A DNA stretch of 61,143 nucleotides, filler included, from Squatina squatina (lineage: Eukaryota): assembly GCA_031763465.1 (NCBI GenBank). It is 4 parts of 3 records of this genome, joined end to end, with 100 filler letters (N's around TTAATTAATTAA, not from the genome) between each part and the next. Parts side by side here need not be neighbours in the genome. Positions count along the whole stretch, not along the records: positions 46,882 to 61,143 come from JARFOE010000163.1; 3 more parts are not named here. The stretch is one strand, 5' to 3'. The notes under the pieces were generated by a model. That model was not told the origin of the DNA and searched no databases. It saw only the letters and a program-made list of their open reading frames with translations. The number at the start of each line of letters is the position of its first letter. Position 1 is the stretch's first letter. Both the position numbers and the translations under genes were made by a program. Of this stretch, positions 47,645 to 59,362 are shown piece after piece.

Positions 47645-48674
47645 CTGTGTTAAAAAGAAAGTTTGTTATTCAGTTACAGATTTCACNNNNNNNNNNNNNN
47701 NNNNNNNNNNNNNNNNNNNNNNNNNNNNNNNNNNNNNNNNNNNNNNNNNNNNNNNNNNNNNNNNNNNNNNNNNNNNNNNNNNNNNNATCTCTTTTTTTCT
47801 CTTATACTTCCTACACTCCTTATCCCTTTTATTTTCCTGAAGAGGCCACTGGAGTGCAAAAGGATAACAGTGTATTCAATTTAGCCAAAGCCAAGTGATT
47901 GGGGCATAAGTATGGACATTTGTACAGTAATTTTATTGTACTGAGGTAATTGGAATTAAGTAAACTCAAGTGTATTATGAGTGGTCTAACAGCAGATAAA
48001 ACAGTGGACAATTTCTTGGCCCAAAATAAATTGGTAAGTGCCTTTAGGAAAAAAAAAATGCAGGTAAGAAACAAACTGAGATAGGCAAGCCAAATATGGC
48101 TGATCTACCATAAGAGCATGCAATTGACTAAACTTGCAAGCAAATGCTAGCACCAACAGTGCAACTTTCCACACAAGAACATTCATGCTGAAAGGTCTGA
48201 TCATGCATTAACTTGTTAAGAACCAAATTAAAGTCCTAACTGGAGTTCCAGTGCACAATTTCCAAATAGTTAATGGAACACCAAGGAAGGTCCCCAACGA
48301 ATTAAGCACAACTGAGTCATGAAATCCTGAAACAGCTGCAACCCAAACAAGCCAATGTGAAGCCAAATATCACTGTGCTCCCAAGTCCAAGATGTGAACT
48401 ACTACCTCCTGTTGCAGTTTGACGGCTTATATTTAGTCCCCAGTGAGGGTCAATAACTAATGTACAACGGTGCCAAAATGTTTGTTTTAGCTGGAGTTGT
48501 GCATCTCTTTGGTGGACAACCTCTGCTCAGTGATCCTCGTGACACATTATGCAAGGTGGATGAGATCCTTACTGGTAAATTTGTGATCAATTACATCCAT
48601 ACATTTGTATTTTCAGCTGGGTTCAGTAAATGCAATGATGCAGTATCAGTTCCAGCTGGACAATATGCTGTTTA

Positions 48675-48744
48675 CAAACAAAAATTGCTGGAAAAACTCA
48701 GCAGGTCAGGCAGCATCTGTGGAGAGAAAAACAGAGTCAACGTT
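48675..48744. repeat. Penelope-like terminal repeat fragment
   Basis: TGCTGGAAAAACTCAGCAGGTCAGGCAGCATCTGTGGAGAGAAAAACAGAGTCAACGTT; cut by a gap. Confidence 0.55.
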
Positions 48745-51159
48745 NNNNNNNNNNNNNNNNNNNNNNNNNNNNNNNNNNNNNNNNNNNNNNNNNNNNNNNN
48801 NNNNNNNNNNNNNNNNNNNNNNNNNNNNNNNNNNNNNNNNNNNNCTACTGGACAAAAATCAGCTCTGCCTCTCACATTTTTTGCTAATATTCATCAGTCC
48901 ATTTTTGGAGGAGTAGGAAGTCCCAGAGCAGCACAAAACATGGAGAAACAGTGCATTAGAGCATTTTTCCAACATTACATGCCATTTTACACATTTTCTT
49001 TTCATAAAATAGCCCATGGTATCTTAAGCTGAAGTTAATTACATCTGGAGAAAGCTAATTATCTTGCATTTACAGGAGATAGGGAAAACAGAGGGGAAAT
49101 TTTGCATAGACATAAAATAATTTTTCCATCCAAGGAACCTGGCACATAGAAATATTTCATAGAAATCAAATACGCCACAATTAAATTTAAACTATGTGCC
49201 ATATACAACAATCTAAACACACTTCAATACAGACAGACAATTTTAAAACTGGAGTTGCGAAGTAGGAATTAATCTCAGTTAATAATTATGCAATTAAAAA
49301 GGAAAATCTTTACAATGGTAATGATCTGAACACAGATTAAGAGTCATTTAATTTGGTCCAAGCTAATTGAATGTCCATTTTCTAGGTGAAATTGTGGATA
49401 TACTGTAGTGCATTCAGTCTTGGCTGCATTTGAAGACTGACACCTTGAATAACCTTTTGTTATGAGCATTTTGCCACAAGGTCAAATTGCTGTGAATAGG
49501 TTTAGCGATTATTGGGAAATTACTAAGTCTAGGAACTTATTTTGTAGATTCGGAACTGCTTGTAAGAAACCAGCCGGAAATGACTGTCTTTCTTAAGCTG
49601 CTTTTTGTTCCAATCTGCAGCTGGGTTTTGAATTTATTTAAGCCAATGGTGTGTGATATTTTAGATATGATGAAGGCACAAGGCATGGACTTTTATATAA
49701 ATAGGTCGGGGCCTCGAAAATCTGCAGCCCTTTCTGGAGCATTCCCAGCTTGTGTGTGTCAGGAGTGGGGGGAAGCCTGGGATTAGGCTGCAAGATTCCT
49801 GGATGCCTGGTTGGGGAAGAAACTTCATCCATCTCAAACACGGCTCCTAACACCAGCAGAGTGTGTCGGGAGCTTCCTCAGTCCCAGCCTGGGATCCACC
49901 AGGCAACCAAAACATTGGGTGAAAGGAAGCTTACCAGCCTCTTAGTTAGAAAATGTGGAGCTCTCGCAAGGACACAGGCCTGGATCTCTGAAGAGCAAAG
50001 CCAGTAAAAGAAAGCAATCCCGCTTTACAAGGGGCCACTTTAAAATTGCCAGGTTACAAGCATTTAGACATAAAGTTGAACAGGTCCGAGAGAACAATCA
50101 GATAACTTCCTCGTCTTGAACCTGGGTATTGCAGTGTAGTGTTTATGGTACTAGACTAACAACCCAGAGGTTACAAATTCAAATTGAATTCAATAAGCCT
50201 AGTAATTTGTGGGTCATCCAAAAAGCTCGGCTAAATCACTAAGGAAAGGAAATGGTCATCGCTGCTCTGTCTGCCTATAAATGATGAGTCCACGCTACAT
50301 GGTGAACTCTTAATGCCCTCAATTATTTTAGACAATTTTAAAAACCTCAACAATCCAGGCATTGGAGGAGGATGGTTAACCCTCTATCATCAATAAAGAC
50401 AACAGAAGCAATGGCATAGAAACACTATTGCTTCCAAGTTCCTTTCCAACTCACACCCCATCCTGACTTGGGCAGATATTGCCATTCTTTCATTGGAGTT
50501 GAAAAAAATCTTCGAATTTCCTACTTAACTTCATCATGACAGTACCATCACAAGAAGCAGCAGTGGTTCAAGGAGGCAGCCCACCACCATATTCTCAAAG
50601 CAACATGGGATGCTACCTGACATTCTAATTGGTACCCACACTTTTAAAACCACTAAAAAAAAAATACACCTTCCACACTCTGGCCTTACAAACTACCATC
50701 CCACCTCTTTTGCCTCCTGAAAGTTTTGAACATAGTGGGGCAAAAATATCCAGACGGAGGCTTCCTGCATGCGGAGGCCTCCAAATCGGAAAGATTTCTA
50801 CCAAGGTACGTGGTGGTCCGGGGACTGCAAAAGCTTCCGTTCCTGGGCCTCCACAGGAACGCAGGCAGAGGAGCCCAGGGAACTTACCAGTGTAGGCGAT
50901 TCACCCACACTGGTGGGATCACATGGGAGGCCCCAATNNNNNNNNNNNNNNNNNNNNNNNNNNNNNNNNNNNNNNNNNNNNNNNNNNNNNNNNNNNNNNN
51001 NNNNNNNNNNNNNNNNNNNNNNNNNNNNNNNNNNNNNGGCTATTTTACAGCCAATTTTCTGACTCTGAAAAGTTAATTCTGTCTCATGAGAGGAAGATTT
51101 TGCTGTAGCTGCAGAACAGTTTTACTGCAGTCATGAAAAGCATTGGTTCCATATTCCTT

Positions 51160-51490
51160 AATACCTAACAAAAATCTCTCAATCTCAGTTGACCCCCAGC
51201 CTCAACCCACCCCCAGCCTCAACTTTTTGGAGGAGAGAGTTCCAGATTTTCATGAGCTTTGTGTGAAGGAGTGCTTCCTGAACTCACCCCTGAACGGTCT
51301 GGCTCTTATTTTAAGGTTATGCCCCCTTGTTCTGGACTCCTCCCACCAAAGGAAATAGTTTCTCTACATCTACCCTATCAAACTCTTTAATCATCTTAAA
51401 CACCTCAATTATAGCACCCTTTAACCTTCATACTCAAGGAATATAAGCCTTGTCTATGCAACCTGCCCTTGTAATTTAACTCTTTTAGCT
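51160..51490 (-). mobile_element. CR1 LINE 3' coding region, decayed
   Basis: Reverse-complement similarity to 19500-19565 and co-oriented similarity to 43200-43337. Confidence 0.75.
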
Positions 51491-51493
51491 CTT

Positions 51494-51645
51494 AGGAGGA
51501 GGGCACTGTGTAGGAGGCCATATCCATAGTGGGCCTTTGGGAGCACTTCTCCTCCATGAATTTCACTGAGATGCAATGTCTGAAGCACCTTCACTTCAAA
51601 AAGGAAGCTGTCACCAAGCTATGTCACCTGCACCAGCCAAAAATT
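51494..51645 (+). pseudogene. Harbinger (HARBI1-like) transposase N-terminal remnant
   Basis: RRRALCRRPYP*, frameshift, EHFSSMNFTEMQCLKHLHFKKEAVTKLCHL. Confidence 0.6.
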
Positions 51646-51731
51646 GAAGCTCGGACCAGATAGCCTGAATCTCTTAAAGGGGAGGCACATTGTTTTATGA
51701 AAACTGAATCTTTGCTCTGATACTTTGAGAA

Positions 51732-51971
51732 ATGGCTGAACACGTGAGAGAGTGAGCACCAAGGCGCTCTTGCACTGCATTGGAGGCCTTGGTGCAAGAT
51801 GTGAATAGTAGGAGAGACATCCTACGTCCACAGAGCGGCAAGAGGCCCTCAAGACATTTTCTCAGGAGGCAGTGGGAAGAAGTAGCAGTGAAGGTCAATG
51901 CCAGGAGTGTAACTCAAAGAACATGGATGCTGGCTAGGAAGCTGTTTAACGATCTGACATGAGTTGTTAAG
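51732..51971 (+). pseudogene. Harbinger Myb/SANT-like DNA-binding protein exon 1 (NAIF1-like), with two TGA stops
   Basis: MAEHVRE*APRRSCTALEALVQDVNSRRDILRPQSGKRPSRHFLRRQWEEVAVKVNARSVTQRTWMLARKLFNDLT*VVK|GTgagt; both stops are compatible with CGA>TGA. Confidence 0.75.
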
Positions 51972-52229
51972 GTGAGTGAGTTCAACCTTCAAATAACATT
52001 GCATGCAACTGCACCAATAGCCTCATCCACTCATCAATTCACGACACCCGCTTCACTCACCCACCAACAAGCTCTATCAAACAGTACTCAACTTTACCAT
52101 TCATGTTTTACCTCACCTTCACACACTTAGCACTGTTACAAGCCTTACAGCCGCAACTTACAGCTCACACTCACTGGCAGCTATTCAACCATGACAACCA
52201 TATCACCCAAACATATTACAGGACAATTA

Positions 52230-52772
52230 GGGGGCCCAATTGGTCAGTGCCAGCGTCAGCATCAGGGGGTGAATTGGTCCGGGGCTCAAATGTTTTGCAC
52301 CAGCCCTGGAGAAATGCTCTCTGATGCGGAATTGGGCTCTTTGAGCTCTTCACGGGTCAGCGCCACATAGTCGCGCTAATGCAGTACTGTCACGGCACTG
52401 ACCCAGTGCCGACCCGGTTGCCTGGGGCCTAGTGTCAGCAACGTGTTCAGCGCCATGTTGTTGAGGCCAGCACGCTGATGTCATCTGCGGCCCCGTCCTC
52501 TCAGTTAAAGGGGAGGGCCGCCGGCCAATGCCATGGAGCCCACGCATTCGCTAGCAATGCTAAGAGGGGTCGCAGGATGGTCATATGGGGTCGACGTGCC
52601 ACATGGTGACATCACACGCTTTACCCCGCTGTAATGGCGGACCCCGCGAAAAGGCCTTTGCGCCGCTGGGGGGCCATCACAAATACAGAAAAAAAGGCTT
52701 TTTAGGCCTATGCTGCTTTAGTACCTAGGTAGTGCCATTTTTCAGGGTCTAAACCAGACCATTTGGGCTCCC
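52230..52772. mobile_element. PIF/Harbinger MITE with TTA target-site duplication
   Basis: TIRs GGGGGCCCAATTGGTCAG and revcomp GGGAGCCCAAATGGTCTG; TTA at 52227-52229 and 52773-52775. Confidence 0.85.
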
Positions 52773-52787
52773 TTACTCTCCTTGCTG

Positions 52788-53141
52788 GAGAAACAGGCGC
52801 ATTACCTGAGGTGGCAGGAGAACTGGAGGAGGACCAGTGCGCTTGGGAAGGGGCGTTGCTGACACCGTGGCCACTGACAGGGCTGAAGCGACCGGTGATG
52901 AGGTATCTGCATACCTAATCCTCCTTCTTTCATCCGAAGTCTCCCTCTTCCTGCAGTCTTTTTTGATTCACCAGCTGCTGATGGTGTAAGCAAGCACTTC
53001 TTACTTTCTCCTCTCCACTCACCACAACCCAACCCTTGTCCATTTCTAATTGAGATACCCAAGAACTGCAACCTGCCCAGGCAGTGGTGCAAGGGCAGGA
53101 CGACAGTGAAGATGGAGACATACCATCATTCACTTTCGCAC
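52788..53141 (+). pseudogene. Downstream exon remnants of the Harbinger Myb-like gene
   Basis: EKQAHYLRWQ, frameshift, RTGGGP continues the Myb domain; acceptor appears mutated (ttgCTG); acidic DDSEDGD segment further on. Confidence 0.5.
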
Positions 53142-53879
53142 NNNNNNNNNNNNNNNNNNNNNNNNNNNNNNNNNNNNNNNNNNNNNNNNNNNNNNNNNNN
53201 NNNNNNNNNNNNNNNNNNNNNNNNNNNNNNNNNNNNNNNNNATCTTTTAAGGGAAAACTAGATAAACTTTGAAGCAGAATAAGATAAAGGGCTAAAGGTG
53301 GAAAACAAGGCACTTGGATTAGTTTTGGATTGCTCTGGCAAAGAGCGACACAGACACGGTAGGTAAAGTGGCCTCCTTCTGCTCTATAAATGATATATGC
53401 TTCTATAATGCTAATCTATGACATGTTACTGTCCGCCATTTAGTATTTTTATTGGCCACACCAAATTCAAATGAAAGTCCATATGAAAAGGGCCATTGTC
53501 ATTTTGACACTAAGTAGTAAAGCCTGGACTCAGGATTTTGAACTTTTCTGTACTGAGTTTTAATTGGAGACTTTGCAGAATAAAGTATGTTGTGGAGTTG
53601 AAGATTGCTTTTGTGAACTTAGATTTTTTTTAAACTAATCTACCACATGGGAGTCTCTGGAATTTTTGAGCAAATAGTTTGCAGATGTTTTGCAAAACAC
53701 TGATATTCGGAGATAAATTGTAGAGATGCAAATTTTAGCTCAGCTACAACTTTGTGAATAGTGGGCATACCAAGTTCTCACAGCTGACAATCAGGGGAGT
53801 GGTCTATTTCAATCATTGTCATCAGAAATTACTTGCAGTAAAACTGAAGATTCCAGTGCACAAAAAATGTTGATGAGGG

Positions 53880-54185
53880 AAGCCATTTGGTCTAATTTAA
53901 CTTGTCCACTATGGAAGAAAGAGTTTACAATCTCCCATCACATCATCTAACTATGTCTGGCATGAGTCTAGGGTTTTCTCCTCAGCTACACTATCTAAGA
54001 CTAAGATTAAACTGGTGAATGGATAATTTAGAACTGATGGCAGGAAGAATGTCCACACATCAAAAGTGATAAATACTTCCATGAATTGTTTGCTGAATAC
54101 ATGCAAAAGTCCGTCCTGATATCAGCTCCAAATTGTCCTTTCACTAGCTTTTGTCTATTCCTTCTTATTCTATTGTCTGGAAACA
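53880..54185 (-). mobile_element. Old CR1 LINE 3' end
   Basis: Minus translation RIRRNRQKLVKGQFGADIRTDF...NSWKYL. Confidence 0.6.
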
Positions 54186-54329
54186 ACCACCCACTTTGCA
54201 GTATCAAGAATTGCATCCATTGGGATTGTTTTGACAATGTTACTATAGAAGATTTTAAAGACAGCACCTGGTAGATGAAATGCATATGAGACATGGAACT
54301 ATTGAAGAGACTACTGTGAACTCAATGTT

Positions 54330-54550
54330 TGGCATATGGTTGCATTCCATCTTCCTAGGTCCTACTGCCTCTCTACCTTTCTTTCAGTCTTTAGAAAACT
54401 TCTCAAAACCCATCTCTACAACCAAGCATTGGGTCACTCCTCTTAATCACATCCCTTCCTGGTTTGATGGCTGGTTCCTTGAGCATTTTTGTGAAGCACC
54501 TTGGGACATTTTTTACATTAAAGGTTTCATATAAATGCAAGTTGTTATTT
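54330..54550 (+). mobile_element. L2 3' end
   Basis: GTGAAGCACCTTGGGACATTTTTTACATTAAAGG...ATAAATGCAAGTTGTT. Confidence 0.6.
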
Positions 54551-55267
54551 TTAGCAACTAAACTCTGTTGTCATGCTTAGTCCCCTCTTTGCCCTTTCCA
54601 GAAATAGAATAATAGCACTTATAATTATTTCAAGACTGCAATGGAATCTTGTAACAAGCAAAAAGCATGAAAAGAGATTGAGAAATCCAGTGAGAAGGTG
54701 GTTAGAGGGTCTTGATCCCTGAATAATGGTCACACTTGCTGGGCTGAGTTTCCTATTCCTACATTCTCATGAAGAATTATTATACTANNNNNNNNNNNNN
54801 NNNNNNNNNNNNNNNNNNNNNNNNNNNNNNNNNNNNNNNNNNNNNNNNNNNNNNNNNNNNNNNNNNNNNNNNNNNNNNNNNNNNNNNGTCCTCTTAATAT
54901 AGACAAGTGCAGAATTTAGACAGGGGCAATCTCAAGCATGCTGGGTTGCTTGCTTAAAATAGCTGAATGGGAAAAGGACCTGGGGGGTTATAGTTTGTGA
55001 CTCATTAAAGGAAGCAACCTTCAAGGAGTGCTTGCAATGTGCTTGAGTATATGCGTGTGCGTGAGTAGAGAAGACATTTCTACCGTATATTTATACTATA
55101 GAGGTAAGTAAACATTTGAGACCAAGTATAATGTATATATTTTCAGGCCTTTCCTCATTAAATGCTTCAGGGCTAACAAGGTTTATCCATTAATTGACAG
55201 AGTTTTACGAGTTTGCTGCTAGTGTGGGATTGAATTTCATATAGTTGTATTTTATTTTCCTTTGCAG

Positions 55268-55428
55268 GGTGAGGCCTTGGAACAAGCAATTATCAGTCAA
55301 GCTCCACAGTTACAGAAACTGATTGCAACCACTGCACATGAGAAAATAGCCTGGTACCATGGTCCCATATTACGTGAAGAGGCAGAGCGTCGACTATATT
55401 CTGGTGCACAGCCAGATGGGAAATTTCT
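55268..55428 (+). CDS. ZAP70: ZAP70 exon: interdomain A and start of the C-terminal SH2
   Basis: tttgcAG/GTaagt; [54 protein letters not shown] (LYSGAQ is ZAP70-type rather than SYK-type). Confidence 0.92.
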
Positions 55429-55559
55429 GTAAGTTTTGGCATTTTTTCCCCTTATCCTTATGGAGGAATGCAAATATGCTTTAAATGACAGGATTAAATA
55501 CGTGATGGGTTAGATTCTGGGGAACCAGCTCTGCCCCTGTTGCTGTAGCTCATTACCCC

Positions 55560-55780
55560 GCTGCACCACTTCAAATACCAGAATGGAACAGCAAGCCCAT
55601 GCCTTCACCAAAGCGTCATCAAGCAGTCGAGTGGCTTCCGATGGTGCTTCCGGTGTCTGGACATATCAGATGGATATGTGCCAAAGTCTCTTGTATCATT
55701 GCCATGTGCACAACCTCGCTATCAATGGAGACAGGGACTTGGAGCAACCATAGCAAGAATCCTCAGCAAAGAAAATGGTG
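55560..55780 (+). pseudogene. Harbinger transposase C-terminal (DDE region) remnant in a ZAP70 intron
   Basis: Frameshifted HAFTK, FRCLDISDG, AKVSCIIAM and HNLAI resemble the HARBI1 motifs RFRCLD and LHN. Confidence 0.55.
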
Positions 55781-56564
55781 GACAGCCATGAAGAGCCAAG
55801 ACAGTTCAACCACCACCTGTTGCAAGCCCCCGATACTGTCTATGTACCTTCTCAATTGTCTAAGCTTTGAGCCCTTTTAACAGGACATAAGTCCTTAAGG
55901 CCTGCATACGTGAGCTTTTTCCTCTCCTGAAAAAGGCATGCGTCCAATAAGAGCCACAGCTTATGCTGGGTGCACAGCCACTGTGCTCAAATGAGGCTAC
56001 AAATGAAAAAACAGGTGCTGATAATCACTAGCAGCATACAGCACGCCAAATGTGCACGGATACACCATGCAGAATATTGGGCCCGGTATCTCCAAACCTT
56101 GTCAGATCAGATGGCGAAACAAAAAGGAAGCCAGGAGGGAACTTCATGAGGTTTAATTTTAAAGAATGGGGAAGATTATACCTATGGTGGTAACCTAACA
56201 TTCGGTACACCAAGTATTCCAAATGCAATTACTCAGTTACTGACATGTTTCTATTTTCATGTGAGATCCTTAAAAGGGAATGAAAGGAATCATTTTTGTT
56301 CAAATCATTTTTGCCATTGTCTACTTAAAAAAGATATGCATAGTTGAAAAAAATTGCCATAGTTCTAAAAAAAAAAAAATCAAATATCTTACCTCAGCAA
56401 AAACCTGCCATTATGCAGTGTATGGACTTCCCTGAGGTCAGGAAGCTCCAGATTGGCTCCAGGCTAGTTGGAACATGTGACTGCTATTGCAGTTACTGAA
56501 GTCACTCCGGGGCAAGTAAAGGTTTCTCCCTCAATGCCAAACCAGTATAACAGTAACTACACTT

Positions 56565-56960
56565 ACAACACAGAGGGAAGCTATGGTGCATGTACCGGCT
56601 CTTTGAAAGAGCTATCCACTTAGTCCCACCCCCCTGCTTTATCCTTTTAGGTAGTGCATTCTAGATCGTAACAACTTGCTGCGTAAAAAAAAAAATCTAC
56701 TCAACTCCCCTCTGGCTCTTTGCCAATTATCTTAAATCTGGGTCCTCTGGTTACTGACCCTCCTGCCAGTGAAAACATTTTCTCCTTATTTACTCTGTCA
56801 AAACCCTTCATAATTTTGCACACCTCTATCAAATCTCCCTTTAACCTACTATGCTCTTAACGAGAACAATCCCAGCTTCTCTAGTCTCTCCACATAACTA
56901 AAGTCCTTAATCCTTGGTATCATTCTAATAAATCTTCTCTGCACAATCTCCAAGGCCTTC
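56565..56960 (-). mobile_element. CR1 LINE 3' region
   Basis: Similar to 43040-43337 and 51160-51490. Confidence 0.75.
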
Positions 56961-57599
56961 AGAAGTAATTCATTGGATGCGAAGTGCTTTGAGGCATCCT
57001 AAGGATATGAGAATGGTATTATATAAGTGAATGTTCTTTATTCCTGTAGGTCAGAGGTGGAGTGCCAAATATCGTTATGACAAGGAGTGGCTAAAAAATG
57101 GACATATGTATGGGCTGTCCTTCTTGAAAGAGAATTATTCCCAGCAGAATGCGAAGAAAATAGTATCAACGCACCAGCTCCTGGCCGATGTGTACAGTGT
57201 GACTGAAGTGCTCCATGGGCTTCAACTGAAAATCAATATTCTCCAGTACGTCTGTGTGTCATTTGGCAAAAACAAGACAGAATTCACACTACAATTGTAA
57301 AGCGGTTTGCTTTGCACCCAAATTGCAGCTATAGTTTTAAATGCTACCTAAATCCAGAGTCAAGACCCAATCTGATACCACAGTGAAGCAGAATGGGACC
57401 CTTTAAAGCAAGGGTGGGCAATTATTTGGGTTGGAAGGCCACNNNNNNNNNNNNNNNNNNNNNNNNNNNNNNNNNNNNNNNNNNNNNNNNNNNNNNNNNN
57501 NNNNNNNNNNNNNNNNNNNNNNNNNNNNNNNNNNNNNNNNNNTTGCACAATGCTGGATATGCTAGCCTCACATCTTCAAAGAATGAAGGACTCATACCA

Positions 57600-58050
57600 G
57601 GAACAGTAGTTATGTCACTGAACTAATCATCCAATAGGCCTAGTCTAACGATCCAGAGACTTGAGTCCAAATCCCACCACGGCAGCTGGGGAATTTAAAT
57701 TCAGTCAATTAAATAAATCTGGAATAAAAAGCTCGTATCAGTAATGGTGACCATGAAACTATTAGATGGTCGTAAAAACCCAACTGGTTCACTAATGTCC
57801 TTTAGGGACGGAAAGCTGCCGTCCTTACATGGTCTGGCCTATATGTGACACCAGACCCACAGAAATGTGGCTGACTCTTAACTGCCCTCCAGCAAGTCAC
57901 TCAATTGTACCAAACCACTGCAACAAAGTCAGCACTGTGGGAGTACCTTCACCACAAGGGCTGCAGCGGTTCAGGAAGGTGGCTCACCACCACCTTCTCA
58001 AGGGCAACTTGGGATGGGCAATAAATGCCGGCCTTGTCAGCGATGCCTTC
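57600..58050 (+). mobile_element. tRNA-derived SINE with a CR1-related tail
   Basis: Degenerate A/B boxes (GTTATGTCACTG...GAGTCCAAATCCCACC); tail matches 37775-37890; partial relative near 50130-50320. Confidence 0.65.
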
Positions 58051-58542
58051 ATCCCAACCCCCTCTGCCTCGTACACAGAAATGTTTGAAAAACACTGACA
58101 TAAGGATGCTCCATGAAATGACCTTTGTCAGTCTCAACCCAGCTCCTGGTGAATATCGGCCGACAGCATAAAGCTGCCTATAATTCAGCACTAAACTGGC
58201 AGTCTCACTTAGAGAGACCACAGAGATGGGTTGATGTGGGCAATGCAAAATTGACACTGGTACAGCAGGAGATCCGAAACTGGAGCTAGATATATTGTTG
58301 GCACAGAGCAGAAAGTCTTGTTCTATATCTGGCCATGTAAGACCAGAATTAGGAGCCTTGATGATGACATTGGATGACTCAAATAGTATAAGCGTTTCCT
58401 TTCCTATCACTGACATCCCTTATGAGTTCAAAATATATTCAAAGAAATAAGGAGTTTCAAAATTTTGAAAAGTTGATAAACTTGCCCTAAACAATGTCAC
58501 AGTATAAACTTCAAGTATTTAATTAGTCTGAAAACTCTTTAG

Positions 58543-58720
58543 GTACAGGACGTCGGATTCTTCCTATGGATACAAGTTCGTATGTAAGCCCCTACAGTGA
58601 CCCTGAAGAGTTAAAAGAAAAGAAATTGTACCTGAAGCGAGAATGCCTGCTAATAGATGAAGTGGAGCTGGGATCTGGCAACTTTGGCTGCGTGAAAAAA
58701 GGGGTGTATAAGATGAGAAA
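58543..58720 (+). CDS. ZAP70: ZAP70 exon: interdomain B tyrosines and kinase Gly-rich loop
   Basis: ctttAG/GTaagt; [59 protein letters not shown]. Confidence 0.92.
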
Positions 58721-59155
58721 GTAAGTCATTTATATGCAGAATTAACAAATTTCATAATATAACACTTGAAAAATACCTCGAGGGTTCAGTGAATAAACCC
58801 AGCATGCAGTGTGGCCATTCAAAGCATCTGTCGTGGCCTTCAAGGCAGATGGAGAAATGGGCAGAAAAATAAGTTATCAAAGATGGCAGCTGATCAATGT
58901 AGGAATGAAGTAAATTGTGACAATAGAAAAGTGAGAGCAAGTAGAATGGTAACAGGACAAGGTAGAAATTCAGTGGACCAATCGAAAATAAACAAGAAAA
59001 GTGGTTCGAAAAGACAAATTAAGGAAGTCATTATAGTTGAAAGAAAAAAATCAAAAGTGGCTGACTGAGACAATAAAAGATAGAGAATTGATATATACAT
59101 GTGCCTAATCAGGAGATGAGACAACTCCTCGTTTGTGTATTTATTTTTTATCCAG

Positions 59156-59362
59156 GAAGCAGATCGATGTCGCTATCAAAGTGCTGAAAAATGATAATGA
59201 AAAATCATTAAAGGACGAACTAATGAAAGAAGCAGAATTTATGCAGAAACTGGACAATCCCTACATTGTGCGAATGATAGGAGTGTGTGAGGCAGAACAT
59301 CTGATGCTAGTGATGGAGATGGCTGCTGGGGGGCCACTCAACAAATTCCTGTCCGGCAAAAA
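59156..59362 (+). CDS. ZAP70: ZAP70 kinase-domain exon (VAIK)
   Basis: tccAG/GTgagc; phase fits the previous exon; [68 protein letters not shown]. Confidence 0.93.

Noticed and set aside
57049-57300. Acceptor plus open frame as an alternative ZAP70 terminal exon
   Set aside because: The open frame needs phase 1; the upstream exon ends in phase 2, which gives a stop after 9 codons; no recognisable homology
55268-59362. SYK rather than ZAP70
   Set aside because: [17 protein letters not shown] and [11 protein letters not shown] are ZAP70-type
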